Assembly: GCA_038087875.1 (NCBI GenBank)
Contig: CM075990.1
Coordinates: forward strand, 62,001-126,000
Length of the DNA: 64,000 bases
Source: Malacoraja senta
Taxonomy: Eukaryota
Direction: 5' to 3'
Part shown: in pieces, positions 46,420 to 59,589 of the stretch
Position numbering within the stretch: the first letter of the stretch is position 1
How the letters are laid out: every line of letters begins with the position of its first letter
The notes under the pieces: generated by a model
Seen by the model: only the letters and a program-made list of their open reading frames with translations
The model's database searches: none
Told to the model about the DNA's origin: nothing
Program-made: the position numbers and the translations under genes

Positions 46420-49400
46420 TTGGGACAGTGAATAGAGATGTCTGAGGACAGTCAGTATTATGGTTGAGGAGGTGTTGGATACCCTAAGGCGTATGAAGGT
46501 AGATAAATCTCCCGGGCCTGATTAGACATATCCAAGGTTACCGTGAGAAGCTCGAGAAGAAAATGCCAAATTCCTGGCTGCAATATATGTATCACCATTA
46601 GCATGGGTGAGATGCCGGAACATTGGAAAGTGGCCAATGTTGTGCCTCTATTTAAGAAGAGCTGCAAGGAAAAGCCTGGGAATAATACACCAGCGAGTCT
46701 AACATCTGTGTTAGCGAGTTACTGGAGAAGTTTATGTGGGACAAGATATATTGGATAGATAGGGCTGATTAGGGATAGTCAGCATGGTTTTGTACAAAGG
46801 ATATTGTGAATTGAATCTGAGTTTTTTTGAAGAAGTACTGTAACCATAAAGTCGTATAAGTTGTCTATATGGACTTCAGCAAGGCATTTGACAACGTTGT
46901 GCATGGTAGGCTGCTCTGGAAGGTTAGATTGCTTGGGATCCAGGGGGAATTAGCTGACTAGATAGAGAATTGGCTTCATGTAAGGAAGCAGATGATGATG
47001 GTGGAAGGTTGTTTTTTTGGACTGGAGGCCTGTGAATAACGTGCCTCAGGAACCAGCGCTGGGCCCATTACTGTTTGTGGTTTATATCAAGGACTTAGAT
47101 GAGAATGCACAAGATATAAGTTTAGAGTTACATCATGTAATCATGGAGAATGTCCAAGATATGAGTTAGAGTGAAGGGCAAAGATTAGAGTGAAGGGCAA
47201 AGCAGGCAAACGTAAGGAAGCTTGGATGATGAGGGAATTTGAGGCATTGGTCAAAAACAAGAAGGATTCATGGGACAGGTATAGGCAGGTGAGATCAAGT
47301 GCATCCCTGGAGGAGTTTTGGGAACTAAGGAGTAAACTGAAAAAGGAATCAGGAGAGCAAAAAGGGGCCATGAGATAGCTCTGGCGGGTAGCATTAAGGA
47401 CAATCCCAAAAGATATTGTAAATACATAAGGAGGAAAAGGGCAACGAGAGAGCGAGTGGGATCTCTCAGAAATCAAAGACACCTCTGTCTGGAGCCACAG
47501 AAGATGGGCAAGGTCCTCAATGTGTATTTATCCTCTCTATTTAGCGAGGAGAAAGACAGTAGGATGGAGGAACTTGGGGCAGTCAATGGAAGTGTCTTGA
47601 GAGCAGTCAGTGTTACTGTCGAAGAAGTACTGGAGGTACTATCGTGTGTGAAGGTAGACAAATCTCCAGGGACTGATCCGAGGACATTTTGGTAAACTAG
47701 AGAGGAAATTGCGGGAGCCCTGGTTGAAATTTACGAGTCGTCCATATATACAGGTGCCGGAAGACTGGAGGGTGACAAATGTTGTGCCTCTATTCAAGAA
47801 GGTCTGCAGGGAAAATGCTGGGAACTATAGGCCGATGAGCTTAACATCTGTAGTTGGATAGTTACTGGAGAGTAATCTGAGGGATAGGTTGTACAGGCAT
47901 TTGGATGGGCAAGGGCTGATTCTGGATAGTCAACATGGTTTTGTATGTGGGATGTCGTGTCTCACAAATCTGATTGAGTTTTTGAAGATGTAACTAAAAA
48001 GGTCGATGAGGGCAGAGCTGTAGATGTTGTATACATGGATTTCAGTAAGGCATTCAACAAGGTTCCGCATAGTAGGCTGCTCTGGAAGGTTAGATCGCAA
48101 GGGAACCAAGGAGAGATAGCTGAATGGATAGCAAATCGGCTTTATGGAAGGAAGCACAGGGTGATGGTGGAAGGTTGCTTCGCAGACTGGAGACCTGTGA
48201 CTAGTGGTGTGCCTCAGGGTTCGGTGCTGGGCCCGTTACTGTTTGTCATCTACATCAATGATTTGGATGAGAACATACAGGGCAAGATTAGCCAGTTTGC
48301 TGATGAAACAAAAGTGAGTGGTTTTGCAGATAGTGAAGATGGTTGAGAAAGATTGCAGCAGGATCTGAATAGAATGGCCAGGTGTGCTGAGGAATGGTTG
48401 ATGGAATCTGTATACAGAGAAATGTGAGGTGTTGCAAGGGCAGGACCTACACAGTGAATGTTAGACCTCTGTGAGTGTTGTAGAGCAGAGGGATCTAGGA
48501 GTACAAGTGTATGGTTCCTTGAAGGTCTAGTCGCAGGAAGATAAGGTGGTCAAAAAGGCTTTTGGTGCATTGGCCTTGATCAGTCAGAGTATTGAGTATA
48601 GAAGTTGGAAAGTCATGTTGCAGTTTAACAAAATGTTAGTGAGACAGCAATTAGAGTATTGTATTCAGTTCTGGGCACCATGTTATAGGAAAGATGTTGT
48701 CAAGCTTGAAAGGGTTCAGGGAAGATTTACGAGGATGCTGCCAGGACTAGATGGTCTGAGCTATAGGAACAGGTTGAGTAGGCTGGATCTCTATTCCTTG
48801 GAGCGCATGAGGATGAGCGGTGATCTTATAGAGGTGCACAAAATCATGAGAGGAATAGATCAGGTAGATGCACAGAATCCCTTGCCGAGAGTAGGTGAAT
48901 CGAGGACCAGAGGACAGAGGTTCAATGTTAAGGGGAAAAGATTTACTAGGAATCTGAGGGGTAACTTGTTCACACAACGGTTGGTGGGTGTATGGAACAA
49001 GGTGCCAGAGAATGGTCATGGTGGTGCAGCGTTAGAGTTGCTGCCTTACAGCGAATGCAGCGCCGGAGACCCGGGTTTGATCCCGACTATGGATGCTGTC
49101 TGTACGGAGTTTACACGTTCTCCCCATCTGCATGGATTTTCTCAGAGGTCTTCGGTTTCCTCCCACACTCCAAAGACATACAGGTTTGTAGGTTAATTGG
49201 CTTAGTAAATGTAAAAATTGTCCCTAGTCGGTGTAGGATAGTGTTAATGCGCGGGGATCGCTGGTCGGCGTGGACCCAGTGGGCCGAAGGGCCAGTTTCT
49301 GCGCTGTATCTCTAAACTAAACAAAACTAAAAGGAGGTAGTTGAGTCTGGGACTATCTCAACGTTTAAGAAGCAGTTATTCAGGTACATGGATAGGACAA

Positions 49401-49520
49401 GTATGGAGGGATATGGGCCAGGCGCAGGCAGGTGTGACTAGTGTAGTTGGGACATGTTGGCCGGTGTGGGCAAGTTGGGCTGAAGGACCTGTTTCCACAC
49501 TGTTTCACTCTATGACTCTA
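46420..49520 (+). mobile_element. Two tandem CR1 fragments (~46420-47120 and ~47140-49520)
   Basis: WKVANVVPLFKK; DFSKAFNKVPH..GVPQGSVLGP..FADE; multiple stops and frameshifts. Confidence 0.92.
49013..49331 (+). mobile_element. HE1-like V-SINE inserted in CR1
   Basis: Interrupts CR1 CCAGAG|GAGGTAGTTGAG. Confidence 0.9.
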
Positions 49521-49609
49521 TGTGAGTTTAGAGATACATCATGGAAACATGCCCTTCAGGCCACCAAGTTCGCACCAATGATAGATCACCCGATCACTAT
49601 GATTAGTAA

Positions 49610-50338
49610 TGGGCCTGACTGTTGGCAAGTTGGAATTAGTAATTCCAACTGGAATGGTGACTGTCGGAGTGGAACACACGCACAAACACATTGCTTCCTT
49701 CACCAGCCCGTTATGCAGGCGGGGGACAGGGCAAGCGGGGGGTGCGCTGTCTAAAAATTTCACAAGGTGCAATGTCAAGGTGAAACAGACACACACCGAG
49801 ATGAACAGGAAGGTTGGCGCTGTAAAAAGACGGCTAAAGAACAGTGTACAGGAAGTCCTTTAACAGAGGGGTGGAGAGGGGGGTGAAGGGGGAGAAGGAG
49901 TGGATACATCTTTTAAGAAGCCAGAGATACACGGCTCTGAAGCTCGGCGGACATTTAACATTACCGGTCGGTTATCCTTGGTTCTGAAAACTACTGCTTA
50001 CCTTTATTTTCCCCAATGAGCCAATGAAATTCACCGGTCAGCACCGGCTATAACCTACGAGAACCTTCGACCACCTGGTAACCCATTAGGACCTCCTGGC
50101 GACCCACCTACGGCTCGAGAATTCTCGCTACTCTCCATGGCGGCTTAATTCTTGTCGCCGCTAATTTTTCAACATGTTGAAAAATTCACGGCGACTATAA
50201 TGAGGCCGCGACAAGTTCCCAGAATGCGGGAACTCCTTACGACCACGAAGGCGACTCCCCAGCAACCACCCGCGAACATGTAGTGACCGCATAGTCTCCT
50301 GCAGTCACCTAAAAAGTCGCCTAAGTGGGACAGGCCCA
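49610..50338. mobile_element. PIF/Harbinger non-autonomous element, left TIR reduced to 8 bp
   Basis: TAA-TGGGCCTG ... CCTAAGTGGGACAGGCCCA-TAA. Confidence 0.8.
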
Positions 50339-50340
50339 TA

Positions 50341-51920
50341 AGGATTTTGATCAGCTGGGCAAGTGGGCTGAGGAATGGTTTATGGAATTTAATGCAGATA
50401 AGTGAGAGGTGTTACATTTTTAAAAGTCAAACTTGGGCAAGACCTTCACAGACAATGGCGGGGCCCTGTGGAGTGTTGTAGAGCAGAGGAATCAAGGAGT
50501 TCAGGTCTATATCGGCATAGATAGGGTAGTTAAGAAGGGTTTTGACACATTGGGTTTCATTAGTCAATGTATTAAGTATAAATGTTGTAATGTCATGTTC
50601 CAGTTATACAAGACAATGATGATGTTGCATTTGGAGTATAATACTCCAAAGTAAGCTTTGAATACTTACTTTCAGAAGGGTGTTGTAAAGCTGGAAAGAT
50701 ATTGCCAGGACCCGAAGGCCTAAGGAATAAGGAGAGGTTGGGCAGGCTAGGACTTTATTCCTTGGAGAGCAAGCAGCTGGGGGGTGATCTTATGAGTGGA
50801 ATACATAGGGTGAATGCACAGTCTTCTACCCAGAGTAGGGGAATCATGAACCAGAAGACATCGGTTTAAGGTGAGAGGGGAAAGATTGAAAAGGAACCCG
50901 AGGGGCAACTTTTTCACACAAAGGATGTGGTGGGTGTATGTAATGACCTTTCAATTGAGGTAGTTGGGGCAGGTACTATGACAACATTTGAAAAAGAGAT
51001 TTGGACGATTACATAGATAGGAAAGTTTTAGAGGGATATAAGCCTAACATGAATAGGGACTAGCGTTGATGGGACATCTTTGTCACCATGGGCATGTGTC
51101 TAATTTTGTGCAATCTAATGGGGCAAAATAGATTGTCAACAGCAGGAGAAACCAATGTGAAAATGAGACATACAGGAAATACAGGGAACATAGAACATAT
51201 AATATAGATCAGTGTAACTCATGATATCTGTGCCAAACATGATGCAAAGTTAAACTAATCTCTGCCTACACATGATCTAATCTAATCTAATCTAATCTAA
51301 TCTAACCTAATCTAATCATCCATATCCTTCCATCCCCTGCATAACTATGTGCTTATCAAAATACCTCTTAAACAGCACTATCATTTCTGCTTCCACCACC
51401 ACCTCTGGCATTCACCTCTCTCTGGTCCAAAATCGTGTCCTGCACATCTTCTTTAATCTTTCCTCCCTCTAACCTGAAAGCTGTGCACTCTAGTATTTGA
51501 TATTTCCACCCTGGGAAAAATGTTGTTGTCTGATTGTTTACTCATCTTTTATATATTTTATTTATTATCCTATTATATATTTTTAATAACATTATTTAAA
51601 TCATATAATACAATAATTATATAATATTAAAATCATATCATTTTATAATATCAGGTCTCCAGGGAGAGTTTGTCTAACCTCTCCTTATAGCTAATAACCT
51701 CTAATCAAGGCAGCATTCTGGTAAACCGCTTCTTCTAGTTGTCCAAAGATTCTTCATCCTTCCTGTAACATGGCAACTGAAACAGAATACTCCTAAATGC
51801 AACCTAATCAATATTTTATAAAGTCACAACATACTCACTGACATACTCACTGCCTCGACCGACGAAGGCAAGCATTTGGAACAACTTCTTTAGCACTCTA
51901 TCCGCTTATGTTGCCACTTT
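50341..51920. mobile_element. Two decayed CR1 fragments, tail to tail (plus 50341-51095, minus ~51185-51920)
   Basis: CR1 C-terminal remnants; (TCTAA)n at ~51275-51317. Confidence 0.8.
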
Positions 51921-51955
51921 CAGATGATTTTTTACGATATCACGGAATGGTAAAT

Positions 51956-52310
51956 GTGTAGGAAGGAACTGCGGACGCTGGTTTAAACTGAAGATTGACA
52001 CGAAAAGCTGGAGCAACTCAGCGGGTCAGACAGCATCTCTGGTGAAAAGGAACAGGCGTCGTTTCAGGTCGAGACCCTTCTTCGGGGTGAGAGTCAGGGG
52101 AAAAGGAAGTGAGAGATATAGAAGGTGATGAGAGGTATAGAACAAATGAATGAAAGATATGCAAAATGAAAGATATAAAATAAATAGGCCATTGTTCGCT
52201 GTTTGTCAGGTGAGAACAAGTACAGACAATGAGACACTGCAAGACGACTTTGAAGCTGGTACGACTTGGGTGGGGGAGGGATGGAGTTACGACTTGGGTG
52301 GGGGAGGGAT
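51956..52310 (-). mobile_element. Penelope-like 3' UTR/pLTR
   Basis: Same unit and UTR as 3241-3520. Confidence 0.85.
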
Positions 52311-52667
52311 GTGAATAGTTTGGGGAGTGCTGTAATGAAGGAAGTCCTAGTTGTGCTAAAATGGATGCCGCAGAAATTAGCAGTGTCACATGATCAGTAA
52401 ATTTGAAAAAGATAAAAAAGATGGAGTCACAAACAATGATTGTCATTTATCATCTATTTCTTTGAAGTATGATATAATTAAGTCTCTGAAAGCAATTATA
52501 ATTTACCTTTGAAGTATATTGTTTAATTTCAAAGCATTATAAGGAAACATTAGTTGAGATGGCAGTAAAGAAAGGCAGTCCTGAGAAAACAGAACTCTCG
52601 AACTCTGGTGAGAGGAAAGTACATATTATTTAATTTTTAAGTTTGTCCTAAATTTCATCCTCAAAGC

Positions 52668-52988
52668 TTTAGTTTAGTTTAAAGATACAGAGCGGAAACA
52701 GGCCCTTCGGCCCACCGAGTCTACACCGACCAGCGATCCCCGCACATTAACACTACCCTACACACATTAGGGACAATTTACACACACACCAAGCCAATTT
52801 ACCTACAAACCTGTACGACTTTGGAGTGTGGGATTAAACAGAAGATCTCTGAGAAAACCCACGCAGGTCACGGGGAGAATATACAAACTCCGTACAGACA
52901 GCACCTGTAGGCGGGATCGAACCTGGGTCTCTGGCACTGCAAACACTGCAAGGCAGCAACTCTACCTGTTGCACCACCGTGCTGCCCC
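52668..52988 (-). mobile_element. HE1-like V-SINE, full length
   Basis: Tail, V-domain, head. Confidence 0.9.
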
Positions 52989-54346
52989 TAAAAATCCTTG
53001 CAAATCATCGCAAAAAATCCTTCTCAGGTTGAGATTTTGAGTTTACAGTTTCAGATAGTGTGGAACTAATAAAGAACACACCAAGTGAAGGTCCAACAAG
53101 TCCATTAGCATATAGTAAAGTTACGCTACAAGTAGTCACCACCATGACTACATCCCGGCTAATGACTAGTTAAAAACGTTACTAACATATGGTGACTGTA
53201 AGGTAAGACCCGGACTGGATTATGGTTCAGGGAGGTGTATAACATGTGTGTTAGTATTTGGTAGAGCAGAACTACAGATAGAGAGGTAAACAAGATACCC
53301 AGAGTGGCAATATGCCTTTTCTAATTGTAAGTGAAATATTTTCAAATTAAATGAGGTCAGTGTTTTGTGAGTATTTTCACTTCCACAGTTCTAATACAGT
53401 ATGAGCAACAGAGATCGGATTGCATTTTAAGAGGGCCTAATGTAAAGTAGTGGGAGAAGGGAACATCCCCCCACAACTTTATATATGTAGCAATGTTACA
53501 AAATTTTGAGATTTTAAAAATAAAGTCTGCAATTTATCCCATCAGATAAAGCATAAAAAGAAGTTTAATTTGACACCTAATTCACTTTCATATCTTCAGT
53601 ATTAAAGAAGTTATGGCATTTTCATACTCGGAAATTAGTATCTTGTTCCCTATTGCTTTTCCATTGACTTAACACAAAAGCTGTGATCGAGGACAGTTAA
53701 AAGCCCATAACTTTCTTACAAATTAAGATAACTGAAAGAAATGTTCAGTTATTATAGATTGAAGCATTCTGAAACAAATATGAAACAATCTTACTTAGAA
53801 GACATGAAAGTAAAGCATATAATTAGTTAGTTACCTAATTGGAGCTAATTACAAAATTCAATTACTAGATCTAAACATCTATCAATTTCTTAAGAATAGG
53901 TTAACATTTTTAAATAGCCTAAGTGTCCAAATAACATTCATTTTTTTTTTAATTAAAAAATATATATATATATATATATTTTTTTATTTTTTGAAAATAT
54001 TTTTTATTGGAGAAAAGTACACAACCTATTAACATCATTACAGTCTTACATTTTTAAATTGATAATATTATCAATTATTATTACATTGTCTCCAATACCT
54101 TTTGCCTTTTTTTAATTTTTTTAAACTAGATAGAACTAAAAAGATAGATGAAGTAAAGAAAGAAAAGAGTGAGAAGAAAAAGAGAAAAGAGAAAACAAAA
54201 AAAAAAAAAAAAAAACAACAACAAAAAAAAAAAAAAAAAAAGATGGTTAAAGAAGAATGGGAAAATTTATTAAAATAAAAAACTTCATTCGAGATATATT
54301 TGTACATTTCAGAATATAGCATTTCATCCATTCTTTAGCCCGAGCA

Positions 54347-55306
54347 TTAGTCAGGTTCCTGTGCTGAACCATTCTGACCCTTTAAATAATCAATAAAGGG
54401 AGACCATGTTCCAACGAATAATTCCTGTTTGTCCAACAGGGAAAATCTGATTCTTTCCACGTTTAAGGTCTCCGTCATTTCTATAATCCACATTTTGATT
54501 GTGGGGGCCGTAGGGCCTTTCCAACATTTTAGAATTAATTTTTTTCCTGTTATTATACTATAATCAATAAAGTTTCTTTGTGTTGTTGTAAATGTTTGAT
54601 TTAATTCTAATGTTCCGAGTATTATTAATTTTGGATCCGGGTCCACTTGTGTGCTGGTCACTTTAGATATTATACTAAAAATATTTACCCAGAATTTTTT
54701 AATTTTTATACAGTTTGCAAACATATGAGATAAGGTAGCTTCTAAATGTTGACATTTATCACATATAGGTGTGATATGTTGAAAGATTTTATGTAATTTT
54801 GTTTTTGAATAATGTAACCTATGTATTACTTTAAATTGTATTAAAGAATGTCTGGCATTTAATGAACATTGATGTATGTGTTGTAAACTTTCTTCCCAAG
54901 TATCTTTTGTTATTATTTGATTTAATTCTTTTTCCCATGTTTGTCTGTGTAAGTCCGTCGATGGAATGTCACTGTCTAATAAGATATTATATATATAAGA
55001 TATTAATTTTTCTGTATTAGGATGTTTATTCCAACATTCGTCAAGAATTTCTGAATTTCTAATTCGAAAATTTTGAGTATTCGATTTTACATAATCTCTA
55101 AGTTGAAGATATCTGAAATAATCATTTCCTCGAAGTCCATAAGTCTGTTGTAACTCCTGAAATGTCAGAAAAGTGCCTTTCTTATAAAGTTGTCCCATAT
55201 TTTTAATTCCATAATTCTTCCATTGTGTAAAACCCCTGTCCAACCATGAGGGCTTAAACAAAGGGTTATTCACAATTGGGAGAAAAAGTGATAAATTATC
55301 TAATTT
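54347..55306 (-). pseudogene. L1 ORF2 C-terminal segment (CCHC zinc-binding region)
   Basis: LIQFKVIHRLHYS..CDKC..ATLSHMFANC..FW..W..F. Confidence 0.92.
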
Positions 55307-55324
55307 AATTATTTAATTATCTAA

Positions 55325-56719
55325 TCAGATGGTTTAGGCTCTGAATTTTATAAAAAAAATTATGACTTACTCTGCCCACGTTTACAAAGGCTGTATGAGC
55401 ATATTTATACTCAACAGAAACTTCCAGATACTTTAAATGAATCTATAATAACACTTATTCCTAAAGCTGATAAAGATCCGGAAGATCCGGGATCATATAG
55501 AGCAATTGCACTTTTAAATACAGATCAGAAAATATTAACTAAAATACTAGCGCATAGATTAAGTACAGTGATGAATAAAATAATACACCCTGACCAAACA
55601 GGCTTTATTCAGAAATGGTACTCATATTATAATCTAAGACGATTATTTAATATTATTTATTCTAAGAGAATTATTAATGAAGATCTGGCAATAATCTCAC
55701 TTGACGCTGAAAAAGCATTTGATCAGGTTGAATGGTCTTATTTATTTTCGGTGATGGAAAATATGCAACTAGGGGAGAAATTCTGTACATGGATAAAACT
55801 GTTATATACAAATCCTACGGCTAGAATATTAACAAACCAAAGGTTGTCATCTAAATTCAGCCTATCTAGAGGTTGAAGACAAGGATGGCCATTATCTCCA
55901 TTATTATTTGCGCTTGCTATTGAGCCACTTGCAGAAAGAGTTAGGGGTCATCCGGAAATATATGGGTATATCACAAAGGACACAGTGAATAAAATTTCTC
56001 TATACGCAGATGATGTACTAATTTACATTACAAAACCAGAAATTAGTATTCCAAACTTATTAGAGCTAATAACCCAATTTGGTTCACTCTCAGGATACAG
56101 AATAAATTGGAATAAAAGTGAAATTATGCCAATAAGGGAACATAACAAACAGATAATACAACAATTTCCATTTAAAATAGTAAATGAAAAATTTAAATAC
56201 CTAGGTATTTATGTAACTAAGATATATACATCATTATTTAAAGCAAATTTTCCCCCATTACTGAATAAACTACATAAGAATATTCAATACTGGAAAACAC
56301 TTCCTATCTCAATGGTTGGCAAAATTAATGCCATATTATACCTTTTTCAGACAATTCCGATATATTTGTCAAAAAACTTTTTTAAAAAATTGGACTCCAT
56401 TGTTAATGATTTTATCTGGGATTATAAGAATCATAGGATAAACAAAAGACATTTGTGTAAATCAAAAATAAATGGAGGTTTGGTTTTACCCAACTTTCTG
56501 TTTTATTTTTGGGCAGTTAATATTAAAAATATGAATTTCTGGTTGGAAGAAATAGATCAACAACCAGATTGGTTAAAAATGGAAAAGGAAGATTGTTTGC
56601 CTTTTGATATCGGTTCGATATTATTTGCTACATCTAAATTAAACAAAAAAAATTATAGGGAAAACCCTATAATATTTAGTGCCATACGAATTTGGAAACA
56701 ATTAAAAAAGACATTAAAA
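55325..56719 (+). pseudogene. L1 ORF2 reverse transcriptase segment (inverted)
   Basis: DG..EFYK..YRAIALLNTDQKIL..DQTGFI..SLDAEKAFDQV..G*RQG.PLSPLLF..YADD..KYLGI; one frame with a single stop at 55874-55876. Confidence 0.93.
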
Positions 56720-57741
56720 TCCAAATAACATTCACACAATAATTCACAATATAACATAATTTTTAAATCTCATTTTCATGAATTTACAGGCCAAATGGAA
56801 GGAATTGAATGTTTAATACCTATAAATTAATGGGCATTTAAATCATCTTGTGAGTGAGGATTTCTGGAACGCGATCATTTGGAACGGTCATTTGCGGTGA
56901 ATTTAACCCCGTATTGGCATGCAAAATACTGCCGTTAGTTAGGGGAATAAAATCACCGTGTCGCATGAAAAAATGTGAATTAAAGGCTTCTTAAGAAGCA
57001 CTTTTATACATTTAAAGAAACCACTTTCGTTTACCTGTCCCGTGTGTGAAATCCGTCCCCGTTATCGGCGTTGACGCTTCAGGAGCTGCTTTTAAAATTA
57101 CTCTAGCGCTGACATTGACGATTTAGTAAAAATAAAAAATACACAAAACGCCACTAGGAACGATTCTTCAGCCAACGCTTGTACTCCAACAAAATATTAA
57201 CCAGGACAAGGGAGGAGAAACCCGCGTTTTAACCCCGCCCCCCCTTAAAGGCGCCAAAATCGCGCACACGGCCAGTGGCAGAATTACAGCGCGACTGAAG
57301 GTAAGTTTTGTAACATACCTAATATATGCACGCACTGGACCTTTTTTTTCTCTCATATCCATGATATTGTTTACAGTGCACTATGTTACATATTCTGTTG
57401 CGCTGCAGCAAGTAAGAATTTCATTGTTCTATCTGGGACATATGACAATAAACCACTCTTGACTCTTTTGACTCTTGATTGTAGTATGCTACAATGCAGC
57501 ATCGTATTGACGGGGAGACAAATATAGAAAAATAACAAAGTCAGCCCATTTCAAGAGGAGAAAGGGGCATGAAAGACGCAGGGGACAATTGGAATGTTAA
57601 ACTGTATCTTCTTTAATGCATAAAATGTGACAATGAATGCAGGTGATCTAAGAAAGTTGATGAGCACGTGGTATTATGATATTGGTGACATAACAGAGAT
57701 ATTGTTGAAAGAAAGTGCTTTTTATTTAACGGACGTCCTTA

Positions 57742-59547
57742 AAGCCCTGCCTCACTGTGCGAGTTGACCCACGAGTGACCCCGAGTGAAAGACTCGTGGT
57801 TGCGTACGATACTACAAGTTTATGATCCAGAGTTTAACCGAGTTCCCACGGGTATGTCTAAGTTTCCCGTTTACTTCTCATTTCTGCGATGTTCCAAGTT
57901 CGTCTCCCGAGTGTACCAAGTTCCTTTCCCGTTAATCTTGAGGCAACAATGTATATTGAAGTGTTGAAAAATCATCACATGTTAAAAAAATGATGTCATG
58001 CCAGCCAAAGAACGTAGAGGCTATTGTGTTTGCTGCATGTGTTCTGCACAACCTGATCCGTATCTGAGGTGCAGCTTCAGGATCAGCAACAGCCATGCAG
58101 GACGGTGACTTAGTGGACAGTCAAACAGGGAGAATAACACTAGGTGCGTGGAGGAGTGGTACAAACGACGAGACTTTGGTGCCACTGCAGTGTTTTCGAG
58201 GTAACACGGGGACCAACAGTGCAAAAGAGCAGAGAGACCATCTCTGCTCCTACTATAATTCAGAATTGGGCAGTGTGCCGTGGCAGGACAGCTTATTTTG
58301 AGCGGCTGCCGGCCACAGGTACATCACTGCATGAGGAGAGCCCACATGCAGAAAAATCCAGTTAATTTCATGTTTAGTTTAAATCCTGCTGACTTTTCAT
58401 TGTTTAACTTTAAGTGTGGATTTTACTTTTTATTGTGGTGTAAAAGTAATTTCATTGCATCTGTCTTTCCTTTAAAACGTGGTTATCATGCATCTGCTTA
58501 TCTGATTGTAGATCTCAAAACTTGTCATTTAGCGCATTGCATTGTATCTTTTATTGCCTGCATTTAGACTTGTGCATTTCTCAGCTGAATTAGTATATAG
58601 TGGAAATACTTTTATTTGTGCTTCATTTGTTGATTTTCATGTATGAGAAGCCCTTTTTCAGACCACTGTGTTGTTTGCTGTGGTGCTCCTTTTCTCAATA
58701 TGTGCAAAAAAGCATTTTTTATATTGAACAAGATGAATAAAGACTTTGTTTCACATTCACCGTGCTGTTTGTCTTATTTTCTGATCTACTGAGAGGGGAC
58801 AATTTTAAACATTTAAAAAGCACAGCATATGAGGCAGCTGAGTCCTTAAATCTCACAAATGATTGTGAGAATCAAGATGTGAATATATTTTGCCTTCCTC
58901 TATTTTGTGTTTTATGATGAAAGGAATATTACATTCAAGTCATGAGACTTTGTAGTGATATTAAAATGAAGACTTCCAGACATCAATTTGATCTTGATAG
59001 CAAAGAACTCTCTTTTATTGTGCAATGAAGTAAACAAACAGTGAGAATCAAACGGATCAGCAAAAAGCTTTTCAACACAACACAACACAACACAAATTTA
59101 TATATAAACTTCAAGCAATTTTTTCTTTTCAACCCACTCTGTCACCTTATCAATAACTTGCTTAACTTTGTTAAGCAGAATTTGTGTTTAAAAAGTCTAA
59201 GTAACTGATATTTCTGTCCCTGATTATTGTTTCTAAAAAGAGTTCCCACGGTAGAATCACGGGTCACAAAGGTAAACGCACGGGCCACTACGTTCTTACA
59301 ACGAGTTGAAATGTTTCAAATTTTAACCTCAAGAGTACATTTTACTCGTGGAAAAGTTCAAACATGTTTGAACTTTTTCAAGAGTTAACAAGTTTCACGG
59401 GTACCTCCCGTTAGCGCCAAGAGTCGCTAAGTTGCGACCACGAGTTCCGACGTTCCCGCTACGTTAATTGTACGTGATTACCACGATTTAAATTTGTTTT
59501 AAACTCGGGGTACCTCTTGGGTCAGCTCGCACAGTGAGACAGGGGTT
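57742..59547 (+). mobile_element. PIF/Harbinger internal-deletion derivative, copy B
   Basis: TTA TSD at 57739-57741 and 59548-59550; 57742-58001 and ~59090-59547 match the reverse complement of the copy A ends. Confidence 0.92.
58002..58301 (+). pseudogene. Harbinger transposase C-terminal fragment
   Basis: QPKNVEAIVFAACVLHNLIRI*..GAWR..AKEQRDHLCSYYNSELGSVPWQ; the CVLHN and G.VPWQ motifs are typical of Harbinger DDE transposases. Confidence 0.85.
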
Positions 59548-59589
59548 TTAGAGAGCAGCATTCTCGAACCCTGGGCTTTTGTGGGTGAG

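Larger units (their letters stand above)
53941..56719 (-). mobile_element. L1-clade LINE, 5'-truncated with 5' inversion
   Basis: Poly(T) at 53941; 15-bp TSD TCCAAATAACATTCA at 53926-53940 and 56720-56734; two ORF2 segments on opposite strands. Confidence 0.95.
53488..57321. mobile_element. Non-autonomous hAT-like DNA transposon (about 1.04 kb without the L1 insert)
   Basis: TIR TAGCAATGTTACAAAA / TTTTGTAACATACCTA (14/16 match); ATATATG directly flanks both ends. Confidence 0.72.

Noticed and set aside
54071..54331. Poly-Phe membrane-like ORF
   Set aside because: Translation of the T-rich L1 3' UTR.
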